Shown: positions 14,826 to 23,593 of the stretch, one piece after another | Numbering within the stretch: position 1 is the first letter of the stretch | Layout of the letters: each line of letters opens with the position of its first letter | Source: a virus | Virus record (IMG/VR): IMGVR_UViG_3300009156_000005 | Span: 1-62,690 of that record | Direction: 5' to 3' (one strand) | Length of the DNA stretch: 62,690 nt | The notes under the pieces: model-generated | What the model was told of the DNA's origin: nothing | Database searches by the model: none | The model's input: only the letters and a program-made list of their open reading frames with translations | Translations under genes and position numbers: made by a program

Positions 14826-15833
14826 CTACTGCGTCTCTAAACTTGTCTCAATAACTTTAAGGATGCGGGCGCTCTCTTTATCAGAGATCACAGGGTTCAT
14901 ATCAAACTGCTTGAAGGCATCCAGTATCTTGCCCCACAGCACACGCGGCAACTCGACCAGCACACCATCCTTGACTTTTCGTGTAGAAATCGACGGCGCT
15001 TGAAAATGGGTGCCATTGGGCACAGGAGCCGCTTCTTCCTGGGGGTGGAGCCTGTCATACTGGCGGATCGCATGGTCAAGCACATGCTGGCGCGAGAGAT
15101 CATCCGGCGGCAAGAGCGTGAGTGCCTTTTGCAATTGCTCTTTGTTGGCGTTATGTAAAGCGTCGGCCAATGACTGATCGCCTGGCGCTTCGACTAAAGT
15201 TTTCACGATAACGTCATCGGTCTTTTGCACGGAGTATTGACCGGCAATCGTGCGGGCGATGCGCTCGCGCCGTGGGCGCTTATCTTCTTCGGGCCGGTAC
15301 TCATCGGCTATGGCTCTGGCTTCGGCAATCTTGAGCGTTTCATCCTGCTCCGCTTTTTCTTCAAACGCTTCGAGAATGGCGACGACACCCTCATCCGGCA
15401 GCGACGGCGAAGCCATGATGCGCAAAACTGTAGCAGGAACGCCCGATACAAGTGCAGGGTTATCGGCAAAGCGGCGGGCGATGTTCATATACTCCTGAGC
15501 CGTTTTCATGCTGTAGTCAAATTCGGTTTCAATCCACACCGTAAAGTGCTTGGGGATGGCTTCTTGAATCTCAAGGAGTCGCTTACCTATCTCGAAAATG
15601 TCTTTAGCGGCGCGCTCGCGGCGCATGTTGATGTCCACGGCGGCATCTTGCAACAGATAGCGCGTTTCCTCATCTTCGATGCTGTCATAGTCATATCTTA
15701 GCTTGCTAAATTCGAGCTTGCGCAGGTTGGCAGGGGCATCCATTTCACGCGTGGTGGTCGGCACGTAGTCAGGTTCATTCAGCGCGGCAAGCTCATCCTT
15801 AATTTTGAGGTCTTTCTTAGACGTGCGAGGCAT
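14826..15833 (-). CDS. Putative partition partner / centromere-binding protein in the parB position (335 aa)
   Basis: The ATG at 15833 overlaps the parA 3' end by 17 nt. The central region IGKRLLEIQEAIPKHFTVWIETEFDYSMKTAQEYMNIARRF is HTH-like (DUF3102-like, from memory). Confidence 0.5.
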   Translation of the reverse strand: MPRTSKKDLKIKDELAALNEPDYVPTTTREMDAPANLRKLEFSKLRYDYDSIEDEETRYLLQDAAVDINMRRERAAKDIFEIGKRLLEIQEAIPKHFTVWIETEFDYSMKTAQEYMNIARRFADNPALVSGVPATVLRIMASPSLPDEGVVAILEAFEEKAEQDETLKIAEARAIADEYRPEEDKRPRRERIARTIAGQYSVQKTDDVIVKTLVEAPGDQSLADALHNANKEQLQKALTLLPPDDLSRQHVLDHAIRQYDRLHPQEEAAPVPNGTHFQAPSISTRKVKDGVLVELPRVLWGKILDAFKQFDMNPVISDKESARILKVIETSLETQ

Positions 15834-16617
15834 AAATCTTCTCCAAGTTCTTTTCAAGATAATCATAACCCGCCAATCCAAAGAGGCGGGCGGCGAGTCT
15901 ACCATAGGCAGCGCGCACCACGTCAAGCCCACTGTCCTTGTATTCCCAAATGGTCAAACCCTCTGAGAAGGCTTCCAACACGCTCACGCGATGGGGCACC
16001 GCGTTTGCTTCACTGACACTGTACTTTTCACCAAGCGATTCAACCACGGCCATCAGGTTGCGGCGGTGGATCGTGTATTGGCGTTGATAGCCGACCGGCA
16101 AGAGCGTAACCCCCGCGCCACCGGCAGAATTGCGGATCACATCCATCACGTTCTTGAGCGAGGCAAGCGAGGCACCCTCTGTCCTGAACGGGACAACTAC
16201 ATGGTCGGCAACCATCAAGGCCGCTTCCTGTAGGAATCCACCGGCGGCGGTGTCATAGACTTCAAAGTTAAAACCCTCTATCTCCATCAGCTTACTTGCC
16301 AGCGCGAACGCCCCTTGTTGGCTCACATACTTGTAGCCGACATCTTTGGAGCTTGTGTCACCTGGCAGGATGCGCAGGATCTCCGGTCTACCGACATACA
16401 GGCTTTCCGCGAGTGTCTGATTGTCCATCAGCCAATCAAAGACGCCAGGCGCTTGCTTGCGTCCAAAGTGGGCGGCAACTTGCGCCTGGGGGTCAAAATC
16501 GACCAATAGGGTCTCTTGGTACTTGGCAAGCATGGCGGCAAGGCTGACGGCGCTTGTCGTCTTGCCGGTGCCGCCTTTGATTGAGGCGACTACAATGCGG
16601 TAAGGCTGAATACTCAT
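15817..16617 (-). CDS. parA: ParA/Soj-family partition ATPase
   Basis: Deviant Walker A box VASIKGGTGKTT, followed by LVDFDPQ. Confidence 0.9.
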   Translation of the reverse strand: MSIQPYRIVVASIKGGTGKTTSAVSLAAMLAKYQETLLVDFDPQAQVAAHFGRKQAPGVFDWLMDNQTLAESLYVGRPEILRILPGDTSSKDVGYKYVSQQGAFALASKLMEIEGFNFEVYDTAAGGFLQEAALMVADHVVVPFRTEGASLASLKNVMDVIRNSAGGAGVTLLPVGYQRQYTIHRRNLMAVVESLGEKYSVSEANAVPHRVSVLEAFSEGLTIWEYKDSGLDVVRAAYGRLAARLFGLAGYDYLEKNLEKIYASHV

Positions 16618-16644
16618 CTTTATCCTCTGTTGGTGGTTGGTTGA

Positions 16645-17139
16645 TTACAGCATATCCCATGACTGTGGGGCTTGCCACAGGTGATAGCAAAACTCATGGA
16701 CGTTTACATAATCAGATTCTTTCGGGAGAACCATGACTACATCCACTTGTTTTGGAAAGAACAACGAACGCACCCCCTTGATCTCATCCCAAGCGGGCGC
16801 ATGGGTAGGGTAACTCATCGAGACGTGCATCAGCACACCGAAGCGGGCGGTGTTGTCGAGCGAGGCCGACACCACAAAGCGCGTCGGCGCAAAGTACCAG
16901 CCCTTACTCTCTAGGATGGCGTCTTTGGTCACCTTGTTCATGATGGCACCGGTTGGCCCCTGGCGAATGTCGTAGCCCATGATCGGTTGCAAGACACGGC
17001 CATCCGGCATCCGGAGCGAACCACGCGGCATCTTGAGCGGGGCTTGTTGGGCTTCGTCCAGTTTTTCGAGTCGCATAGGCTTATCATACTCCAAATAGGG
17101 TAGTAGCGCAAGAGCCAATGACGCCCTACTGTTTGACAA
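16645..17139 (-). CDS. Hypothetical protein (164 aa), first gene of the parA operon
   Basis: ORF directly downstream of a TTGACA-N17-TAATCT promoter. Confidence 0.6.
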   Translation of the reverse strand: MSNSRASLALALLPYLEYDKPMRLEKLDEAQQAPLKMPRGSLRMPDGRVLQPIMGYDIRQGPTGAIMNKVTKDAILESKGWYFAPTRFVVSASLDNTARFGVLMHVSMSYPTHAPAWDEIKGVRSLFFPKQVDVVMVLPKESDYVNVHEFCYHLWQAPQSWDML

Positions 17140-17161
17140 AGCGTTATTAGCTTGCTAAGAT
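17133..17161 (+). promoter_or_regulatory. Promoter TTGACA-N17-TAAGAT for the rightward 17229 operon
   Basis: -35 at 17133-17138 and -10 at 17156-17161. Confidence 0.55.
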
Positions 17162-17186
17162 TAACCACAATCTTAAAATATGTCAA
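17158..17186 (-). promoter_or_regulatory. Promoter TTGACA-N17-TAATCT for the leftward parA operon
   Basis: -35 is the complement of 17181-17186 and -10 is the complement of 17158-17163. Its -10 box overlaps the -10 box of the opposing promoter. Confidence 0.55.
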
Positions 17187-17228
17187 CACAAATTTACCAT
17201 AACAGGATTATACTAGGAGGCAAAGGAG

Positions 17229-17816
17229 ATGATTGAAATGCACGTATCAAGCTACTTGGAACGGCTTAAAATCAAGCTCATTTCGCTTCAACTGGAAGAG
17301 CGGTTGTATATCGCCAATGCCTCTGAGGTACTGCACTCGTGGGGCGATATGGATCTCGGTGAGCGGCTGGACTCCCACAAGCCGGTGGGCGACTGGCTGC
17401 GCCTCAGTATCATGCCCTACGAGGAATTTGTCGTCTGGTGCTACCAGCATGGCATCCATGCCTACTATCACGAGCATGACAGTGCAATGGTCTTTGTGCG
17501 GGTGCAGATAGACCGTGTGCGGCTCGACAAGCTGATGCAGGAGATACCGCCGCTTTATGAGAAGCCCGACACGTCTGACTTTGCCCTGATGCAAGGGCTG
17601 ATCCGGCAGAGCATCGACCTGCTGCGCCTGATCCGCGCCAATGCGGTCGGGCGCGGCCTGGCCCGCATTTTTATCTCAGTAGTTATGTTAAGTTACCGCC
17701 TCAAGATAGACTTAGCAAGCCAACTTTTTGAAACGCTGGTGTCAGATAAGCTCGACCAGATCGAAGCAAACACCAAGACTGACAAGGTTGAACCCTTCTC
17801 ACAAGAGCGCCGCTAA
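17229..17816 (+). CDS. Hypothetical protein (195 aa)
   Basis: AGGAGG..GGAG upstream of the ATG. Confidence 0.6.
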   Translation: MIEMHVSSYLERLKIKLISLQLEERLYIANASEVLHSWGDMDLGERLDSHKPVGDWLRLSIMPYEEFVVWCYQHGIHAYYHEHDSAMVFVRVQIDRVRLDKLMQEIPPLYEKPDTSDFALMQGLIRQSIDLLRLIRANAVGRGLARIFISVVMLSYRLKIDLASQLFETLVSDKLDQIEANTKTDKVEPFSQERR

Positions 17817-17921
17817 TTTCTATGCGAAGATATTGGCTGGCTCCCCTGCTTGCATAGTGACGCTTTATGATGTACAATGCGTCACAGTTTATTCAATCCA
17901 ACCAGCAAGAAGAGGAAAAAG

Positions 17922-18245
17922 ATGGCTAAAGAGCCTAGCAAGAACGATTTTTATGTTGAGACGATGTACGGAGCGATGACCAAGCAACCGTTGGTCAAGA
18001 TCTCGTATGACGACCAACCCCTGTGCATGATCAACCCCAAAGAGGCGGTGCTACTTGCCATCAACCTGATTCAAGCCGCCAACGCCGCTATCTCTGACGC
18101 CTTCCTGTTTGAGTTCATGGCGGATTCCGGCTTGCCGCCGGAGCAAGCGGCGCACATGATGGGCGAGTTTCGCAAGTGGCGCGTTGCCAAGAATTACGAC
18201 TTGGGCGATGACTTGATTCAAGGAAACAGGAGACACCCACGATGA
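17922..18245 (+). CDS. Hypothetical protein (107 aa)
   Basis: ATG at 17922 (MAKEPSK). The 3' end overlaps the next gene by 4 nt. Confidence 0.55.
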   Translation: MAKEPSKNDFYVETMYGAMTKQPLVKISYDDQPLCMINPKEAVLLAINLIQAANAAISDAFLFEFMADSGLPPEQAAHMMGEFRKWRVAKNYDLGDDLIQGNRRHPR

Positions 18246-18664
18246 ACGGCTATAGCTACCGGCGCTTAGAGGACAGTGAGATTCCGTCGAGCCTGGCGCT
18301 TGCTGTCGGGCTGGACAACGATACGCCTGGGCTTGTCATGGTAGATTTAGTCATCCCGCAGTACCAGGGTGCCTACCGGTTCACGGCGCAGCAATTTGAG
18401 CAATTCGCCTATGCGGTCACCGATGCCGCCAAGATGTCCAAGACCTTTGCCATCATGGTGCATTGCGTGATTGGCGCGTTGCACGATGAAGATCCCGATT
18501 TTGCCAAGCGTGTCTGGAAGAAGGTGACCGAGTATATGTACGAGTATGCCGCTGACGCGGGCGGCGAAAACGTCGAGATCACGGAGCTTGAAGAAGAGAA
18601 TGTGCCGTTCAGTGAATTAGATCATGAACTGGATGAAGATGACTTTCCCGACTTCGGGCTTTGA
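18242..18664 (+). CDS. Acidic hypothetical protein (140 aa)
   Basis: ATGA overlap with the upstream gene. Confidence 0.6.
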   Translation: MNGYSYRRLEDSEIPSSLALAVGLDNDTPGLVMVDLVIPQYQGAYRFTAQQFEQFAYAVTDAAKMSKTFAIMVHCVIGALHDEDPDFAKRVWKKVTEYMYEYAADAGGENVEITELEEENVPFSELDHELDEDDFPDFGL

Positions 18665-18682
18665 ACTTAGCGAGATAAGAAG

Positions 18683-19282
18683 ATGGCTAGGACAAAAGAT
18701 AATCTCACCGCTCCTGAACACAAGCGCAAACGCCGCAAGAAAAAAGAAGTGCCGGTCTTTCTGCAACTCTTGTTGCCCTTTGCCCCCTATCCGGCGTTGT
18801 CTACCAATCCGGATCTGGCCGCAGACTTGGCCGAAGATTACGGCTATGTCCAAAAAGGCCAGTGCTGGAAAAATGCTGTCCTGAGCATGAACTGTTTGGG
18901 CTATCGCAAAGCGCCCGATTGCAAGATGGAGTACGTCGAGGGCTGGCTGATCATACGCGAAGGCGAGTACGCCATCGAGCATGGTTGGCTCGAAGTCGAA
19001 GGCGACGTAGTTGACGTGAGCTTGCCTGGTGAACATCCTGCCAGTGCCTACTATGCCGTGTACCGCTATGGCTTTGACGATGTGCAAAAGCTGATTGAGA
19101 AGCGCAGCATCACCTTGCCCTTCTTTGGCAACCACGAGGCGGGTCATGCCGCCATGTATGAGGCTTGGGAGCAGTTGCCGGTCAACCATGATATGAATGT
19201 GGCGCTTGCCACGCTCGGCTATCTGCACACCGGCAATTGGAGCGTCGTCATACCGGAAGGGGTATTCCTGGGGCCAAAATGA
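18683..19282 (+). CDS. Hypothetical protein (199 aa) with a basic N-terminus
   Basis: ORF within the operon. ATGA overlap with the next gene. Confidence 0.6.
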   Translation: MARTKDNLTAPEHKRKRRKKKEVPVFLQLLLPFAPYPALSTNPDLAADLAEDYGYVQKGQCWKNAVLSMNCLGYRKAPDCKMEYVEGWLIIREGEYAIEHGWLEVEGDVVDVSLPGEHPASAYYAVYRYGFDDVQKLIEKRSITLPFFGNHEAGHAAMYEAWEQLPVNHDMNVALATLGYLHTGNWSVVIPEGVFLGPK

Positions 19283-19527
19283 GCGAGACCGACGCACGCA
19301 TGAGAGTCAACCTGCTGATCAGCCGCCAAGCCTATGATGCCCTGCTGGAGATGGCCGGTGGCGAAAGACGGATGGGGCTGTGGCTCGATGCCACCATCCT
19401 AGACATCTATCACAACCGGATGCCGCATGCCGCTGTCTTTCACTTGGCGCAAGCCAGGGATTATCTGAATAAGTTTTTCGAGGCACGCGAAGCACACGAG
19501 GCGGGCATAAAAAAAGCGGGGTCATGA
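19279..19527 (+). CDS. Hypothetical small protein (82 aa)
   Basis: The ATG at 19279 overlaps the upstream stop. The terminator hairpin spans its own stop codon. Confidence 0.55.
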   Translation: MSETDARMRVNLLISRQAYDALLEMAGGERRMGLWLDATILDIYHNRMPHAAVFHLAQARDYLNKFFEAREAHEAGIKKAGS

Positions 19528-19542
19528 GCGCCCCGCTTTCTT
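19514..19542 (+). terminator. Intrinsic terminator
   Basis: Stem AAGCGGGG / CCCCGCTT with a 9-nt loop, followed by a T-rich tail. Confidence 0.55.
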
Positions 19543-19581
19543 ATGCGTCTGACAGGTCAAGGAGAGACGCACCCAAAAATT

Positions 19582-19625
19582 ATAGGCGGTCGGCTCTTGG
19601 AAGTCAAGCCGACCGCCTATTTTTT
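19582..19625. terminator. Bidirectional intrinsic terminator between convergent genes
   Basis: 14-bp stem ATAGGCGGTCGGCT / AGCCGACCGCCTAT, with TTTTT downstream and AAAAATT upstream. Confidence 0.8.
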
Positions 19626-19842
19626 ATCGGGCGTCCAGTTGTAAACGGAGCGCAATCCCCTGTGCGATGATGGCATGGGCCTGAGCATATTCGATCATGC
19701 CCTTGCCGTCAAGCTGATCCCAAGAGACAATGCGCAAGGCATCGGCGGCATCCTGTAAATGCTTCTCCATTGCGTCAATCATTCGCACGCGGCGATTGTT
19801 GGCGTCATCAAGCTCTTGCTGCAAGTCAATATAGCTACTCAT
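19624..19842 (-). CDS. Hypothetical protein (72 aa)
   Basis: The ORF abuts the terminator. Confidence 0.5.
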   Translation of the reverse strand: MSSYIDLQQELDDANNRRVRMIDAMEKHLQDAADALRIVSWDQLDGKGMIEYAQAHAIIAQGIALRLQLDAR

Positions 19843-19884
19843 GGTATATCTCTCTCTTTCAGGTAACAGGTTATGTTAAGTTAG

Positions 19885-20007
19885 TTATGGTAAACTTACT
19901 ACAGTGCCGATGACCGGCATTGCCATGCCGATCATGGCAAGCCCACACAGCAGGAATAAAATTATCACGATAAAACTAAGCACGGCGAAGCTCTTGCTGT
20001 CTTTCAT
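19885..20007 (-). CDS. Possible 40-aa membrane peptide
   Basis: MKDSKSFAVLSFIVIILFLLCGLAMIGMAMPVIGTVVSLP. It is below the ORF-track cutoff and was read directly from the sequence. Confidence 0.35.
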   Translation of the reverse strand: MKDSKSFAVLSFIVIILFLLCGLAMIGMAMPVIGTVVSLP

Positions 20008-20047
20008 GTTTCTACTAAATCCTCTAGTTAATACAAGTGTTGATGAT

Positions 20048-20698
20048 TTAATCCCTGGCTACATCCCAAACGCGTCGTAGCTCACTCCCCTCTTCAATGG
20101 CTTCCATCAAAATATCAGGTGGGATCTCTTCGCTCATGGCGGCACGCACCGAAAAGGAATTGCCGACACTGGAGAGCCACTTGACCGCTAACCTGAGAAA
20201 GACATCATCGCCGCGGCGGTCGCAATACTTCTGCACGCGCTGGGCGTTGTCGAGAATAAACGGGCTGCGCCCCCCTTCGACCAAGAGCGCGATACCCTCT
20301 GCGCCAACCATCTCCTGCAACAAGACAATGCGGCGCTTGAGGCGGTCGGGAAAGCCTGGCGTATCGAGCGCCAAGCCAGCATCGACCGCGGCCAGCCATT
20401 GACTCGGTGACAGGTTCATGGTCTCGGAGTTGAGTACGACCCATAAAGTTGCCGCGTCAAGTTGATGCTCGTGATAGATGGCAACCGGCACTTCCGGTAA
20501 GCTCAACAACTTGGCGCATTGTAAGCGGCGATGACCGTCGGCAAGCGTGCAATCATAGGCCAGTGCCAGCGGCTCTAAGATGCCGTGCTTCTGGATCGAG
20601 AGCAGCAGACCGGTCAGTGTCTCACGGTTGATCCTGCGCTCAGGGTTGAAGTGTGAAACTTTCACGAAAAACGGGGGCATGGTCTTGTACTCAGGCAT
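20048..20698 (-). CDS. ParB-like nuclease (ParBc) domain protein (216 aa)
   Basis: ILEPLALAYDCTLADGHRRLQCAKLLSLPEVPV follows the DGHRR motif pattern of ParB N-terminal domains. Confidence 0.7.
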   Translation of the reverse strand: MPEYKTMPPFFVKVSHFNPERRINRETLTGLLLSIQKHGILEPLALAYDCTLADGHRRLQCAKLLSLPEVPVAIYHEHQLDAATLWVVLNSETMNLSPSQWLAAVDAGLALDTPGFPDRLKRRIVLLQEMVGAEGIALLVEGGRSPFILDNAQRVQKYCDRRGDDVFLRLAVKWLSSVGNSFSVRAAMSEEIPPDILMEAIEEGSELRRVWDVARD

Positions 20699-20718
20699 CG
20701 CCTATACTCCTTCTAGTC

Positions 20719-21168
20719 CTACACTGGTATTAAATAAAGGCGGTCAAGTTGCCGCTCTTTGCTAAGAATTTGATGATCGATGTTGCCGATGACCTGGCTG
20801 CGTTGATTGGCTGCACGAGTCAGGTAATCATTTCTGCTTTGGTTGCCAAGCACCACAAAGACAACACACAGCACAAGACACAAGCCCGCGGCCATCACAT
20901 TGACCAACGCTAAAATTAGCATGGCAACAAAAAGCAAACCGGCTACGGTAAGCGCATTGTCTCCGGTGCCGTTGCGATGACCCAAGATCTCAGAAGGGGG
21001 CATTTCGCCCACCTTGAGCCGCTGCGCTTCTAGTGTCCGAATCTCCGCTTCCAGTTTGGCAATTTGTTCATCCTTGCTCAAGCCCATCACGCTTGGATTG
21101 GGCGCAAGCACAACCGGATTGACCGGCTCACGGTGCGACGTGCTACGTCGCATGAGGCGATGTTTCAT
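20719..21168 (-). CDS. Membrane protein (149 aa)
   Basis: The ATG at 21168 (MKHRL) lies 2 nt after the upstream stop. The protein has a coiled-coil followed by two hydrophobic spans. Confidence 0.55.
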   Translation of the reverse strand: MKHRLMRRSTSHREPVNPVVLAPNPSVMGLSKDEQIAKLEAEIRTLEAQRLKVGEMPPSEILGHRNGTGDNALTVAGLLFVAMLILALVNVMAAGLCLVLCVVFVVLGNQSRNDYLTRAANQRSQVIGNIDHQILSKERQLDRLYLIPV

Positions 21169-21170
21169 CG

Positions 21171-21497
21171 TTAGTCCTTCTTCGGTTCTAAGCGACGACC
21201 ATTGCGCGCCATTGCCAGGCCAAAGGATTCGCCGCAACCTAGTGTGCAAAAGAAGCCATTGCCTAAATACCCTGGCTTTTCCCACGCTTTCACCTTTTCG
21301 CCTGTCTTGACCATGCTGCGCCGTCGTCCTTTCGTCACAACCAGTTCAAGATGACCAGTGCGATCCGCAATCTCTTTCGTTTCTTCGGGTTCTTCTACCA
21401 GCACTGTGATCTCGTGGTACGTATAGTAAAGTTTCTTGCCGCACCAAAGGCAGGTGTTTGGCTCGTTGCTTGCGTTGAAGCTGTGTGAACTAGGCAT
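21171..21497 (-). CDS. Zinc-binding hypothetical protein (108 aa)
   Basis: CLWCGKK...CTLGCG cysteine pairs. Confidence 0.55.
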   Translation of the reverse strand: MPSSHSFNASNEPNTCLWCGKKLYYTYHEITVLVEEPEETKEIADRTGHLELVVTKGRRRSMVKTGEKVKAWEKPGYLGNGFFCTLGCGESFGLAMARNGRRLEPKKD

Positions 21498-21498
21498 C

Positions 21499-22353
21499 TT
21501 ACTTTAACCAATCTACTGAGGGTAGCTCAGTCCTTTTGACGTAGCGTTGTGTAGTTGTGATACTGGCATGGCCCAACGCTTCCTGCGCTTGCTTGATGTT
21601 CTCCTGCGCAAGTTGGGTTGCCACAAAGCGCCTGAAATCATGGCAAGCGATATTCAAGCCAGCCGCCTTTGCCCTTTCCACGATAACCGCATGAGCGGCT
21701 TGCCTGGACATCGGCTTGTCAACCGGCGTCATGCTCTTGCCCTGATAGCTGGTGAACACATAATCCGCCATGAAACCGCGCTCATACAACCACGTCATCA
21801 CATGGCTCATGGCAACCCTGTTCGTGGGGGCAAGCCGTCGCACAATGTCCGTCTTACCAAGCACAGAGAAAGTGCTTTCGGCCATGTTCATGTTGTCTAC
21901 TCTGAGGCTCACCACTTCGGAGATGCGGGCACCGGATGTACTGAGCAGCGCAATCAAGGCTTTGTCACGCAAAGAAAGTGCATCCTTGCCGGAGATAGAG
22001 TCTACCAATAGCTGCATGGTCTCCGTGGTCAGTAGATCCTTGTCCGGTCGCAAGCGGTCACGCAAGGCCCGCACACTGACCGTGCCCACGGCACGCACTT
22101 GGGTGTAAAGCTCAAGCGAAACTTCACCGCTGGGCACGGAGGCACCCATGATACTTTTGATGGCCGACAAGTGGCTGTTGATGGTGTTGGGGCTGTAAAG
22201 GCTCTCTACGAGGTTTGTACGCCAGGCCAAGACCGATGATGCGTTGAGCGGTTCGATGCCCTGGTCTTGGCAGAAGCTCATGAATCGCTGCCAACTCTCC
22301 CGATACCGATCCAAACTGGCATCGGTGATCGTGCCTATTAAATTGTCTAACAT
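21499..22353 (-). CDS. Tyrosine recombinase, short XerC/D-like form (284 aa)
   Basis: SGARISEV (Arg box), HDFRRF (H-x-x-R), and LGHASITTTQRY (catalytic Tyr). Confidence 0.85.
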   Translation of the reverse strand: MLDNLIGTITDASLDRYRESWQRFMSFCQDQGIEPLNASSVLAWRTNLVESLYSPNTINSHLSAIKSIMGASVPSGEVSLELYTQVRAVGTVSVRALRDRLRPDKDLLTTETMQLLVDSISGKDALSLRDKALIALLSTSGARISEVVSLRVDNMNMAESTFSVLGKTDIVRRLAPTNRVAMSHVMTWLYERGFMADYVFTSYQGKSMTPVDKPMSRQAAHAVIVERAKAAGLNIACHDFRRFVATQLAQENIKQAQEALGHASITTTQRYVKRTELPSVDWLK

Positions 22354-22393
22354 TGACCTGTCTCTTTCGTGCTAACTTCTTGGATGGTGTAAA

Positions 22394-22412
22394 TGTATCA
22401 AGACCTGCTACA
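22394..22412. promoter_or_regulatory. Operator-like inverted repeat TGTATCA-N5-TGCTACA
   Basis: tgtatcaagacctgctaca lies directly downstream of the recombinase promoter -10 box. It faces the late operon on the plus strand. Confidence 0.6.
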
Positions 22413-22414
22413 TT

Positions 22415-22443
22415 AGATTAGCACAAGCCTTACACAATGTCAA
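22415..22443 (-). promoter_or_regulatory. Promoter TTGACA-N17-TAATCT for the recombinase operon
   Basis: -35 is the complement of 22438-22443 and -10 is the complement of 22415-22420. Confidence 0.6.
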
Positions 22444-22642
22444 GCCCCCAATTTATTCACTCTTGATCTGCGGCTGGAAGCGTGATACAGTTTACAATAA
22501 CTTGCACGCCGCTCTACCCCCTCATTGACATAACTCCTTGAAATAGCGCCGCCTCAAGTTCTTTGTCACTTGCACCAGAGATATACCGCTATGCCGCCTG
22601 GCATAGTTTATTTCTGTCCGTGACAAAACTTGGAGCGCCCGC

Positions 22643-23281
22643 ATGACCCGCAAAAAAATCAAAGACCAGATGCTCGACAATGGCGAGCTTGAATCTGAGA
22701 GCTTCCTGAGCCGGATGCGCAACACGCAGATCTCGCAAGGAACCTTAGACTTAGCACGCCAAAAATATGGCTATGAGTTGCCGGAAGATGTCATAGAAGT
22801 CATCGCCCGCCAGCAAGCCGTTGCCCGCCCCATCCTTGAGCAATACCACACGCTGCACGAAGCCACCCCTACCCTCACGATGGCACGCGCCACCATGCAA
22901 AAAGAGATGGATGAGATCCTTGACACCTTCTGTGGCATGGATCTGAACGACATTGGCGACATTGGCGAGTTCCACGATGAATACTCATGCCCCAAATGCG
23001 CCCACCGTTGGAGCGGCGCACCCAACAACCGCACCGGCTATGGCAACGTGGTCTATGTGCCGACCGGCAAGCTCAGCAAGCGCAGCGGCTTGCCAAGCTC
23101 AATCCGCTATGGCGCACCGGCCAAGACCGCCAAAGGTGAGTTCAGCAAGCAACGCTACTGGAAAGCGGCACGCGCCTCCCAATTGCCGCGTGGCTTTGGC
23201 AATCGCCCCATCGGGGAGCCAATCATCGGGGAGACCTGGCGCAGAGGTTCTAAGCCCCCTGCGGGCTATGAGGATCAATAG
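22643..23281 (+). CDS. Hypothetical protein (212 aa) with a CPKC motif
   Basis: First ORF of the rightward late block. Confidence 0.6.
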   Translation: MTRKKIKDQMLDNGELESESFLSRMRNTQISQGTLDLARQKYGYELPEDVIEVIARQQAVARPILEQYHTLHEATPTLTMARATMQKEMDEILDTFCGMDLNDIGDIGEFHDEYSCPKCAHRWSGAPNNRTGYGNVVYVPTGKLSKRSGLPSSIRYGAPAKTAKGEFSKQRYWKAARASQLPRGFGNRPIGEPIIGETWRRGSKPPAGYEDQ

Positions 23282-23592
23282 TGGACAAGCAATCCCTACC
23301 CTATGTCGTGACGATCCAATCCCAGCGCGCGCTTGACGCACAGAAGGTCTTAGTCCTGGCCGACATCATGCTCAACGGGGCTGTTGCCAGCGTAAACCTG
23401 GAAGATGTTGCCGTCGCCTTTGAATGGTTTCGTGTGCAGTTTACGGATTACCTGCATGAATCGGTTGAACTGGTCGAGTCGCAGGAAGAGCGCCATGAGC
23501 TATGGCAGATGATTGACAATAGCGAACACTGGCTCAAATTCTTGCGCAATGCCCTGCACGAAGCCAGCGCCGAAGCCAGGGCAGAAGCCTAG
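23281..23592 (+). CDS. Hypothetical protein (103 aa)
   Basis: The GTG start overlaps the upstream TAG. The protein is acidic and helical. Confidence 0.5.
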   Translation: MDKQSLPYVVTIQSQRALDAQKVLVLADIMLNGAVASVNLEDVAVAFEWFRVQFTDYLHESVELVESQEERHELWQMIDNSEHWLKFLRNALHEASAEARAEA

Positions 23593-23593
23593 C

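Noticed and set aside
22354-22642. attP site next to the tyrosine recombinase
   Set aside because: I looked for a core with flanking arm-type repeats or a tRNA-derived segment. I found only promoters and the operator motif, and nothing supports an attP call from sequence alone.
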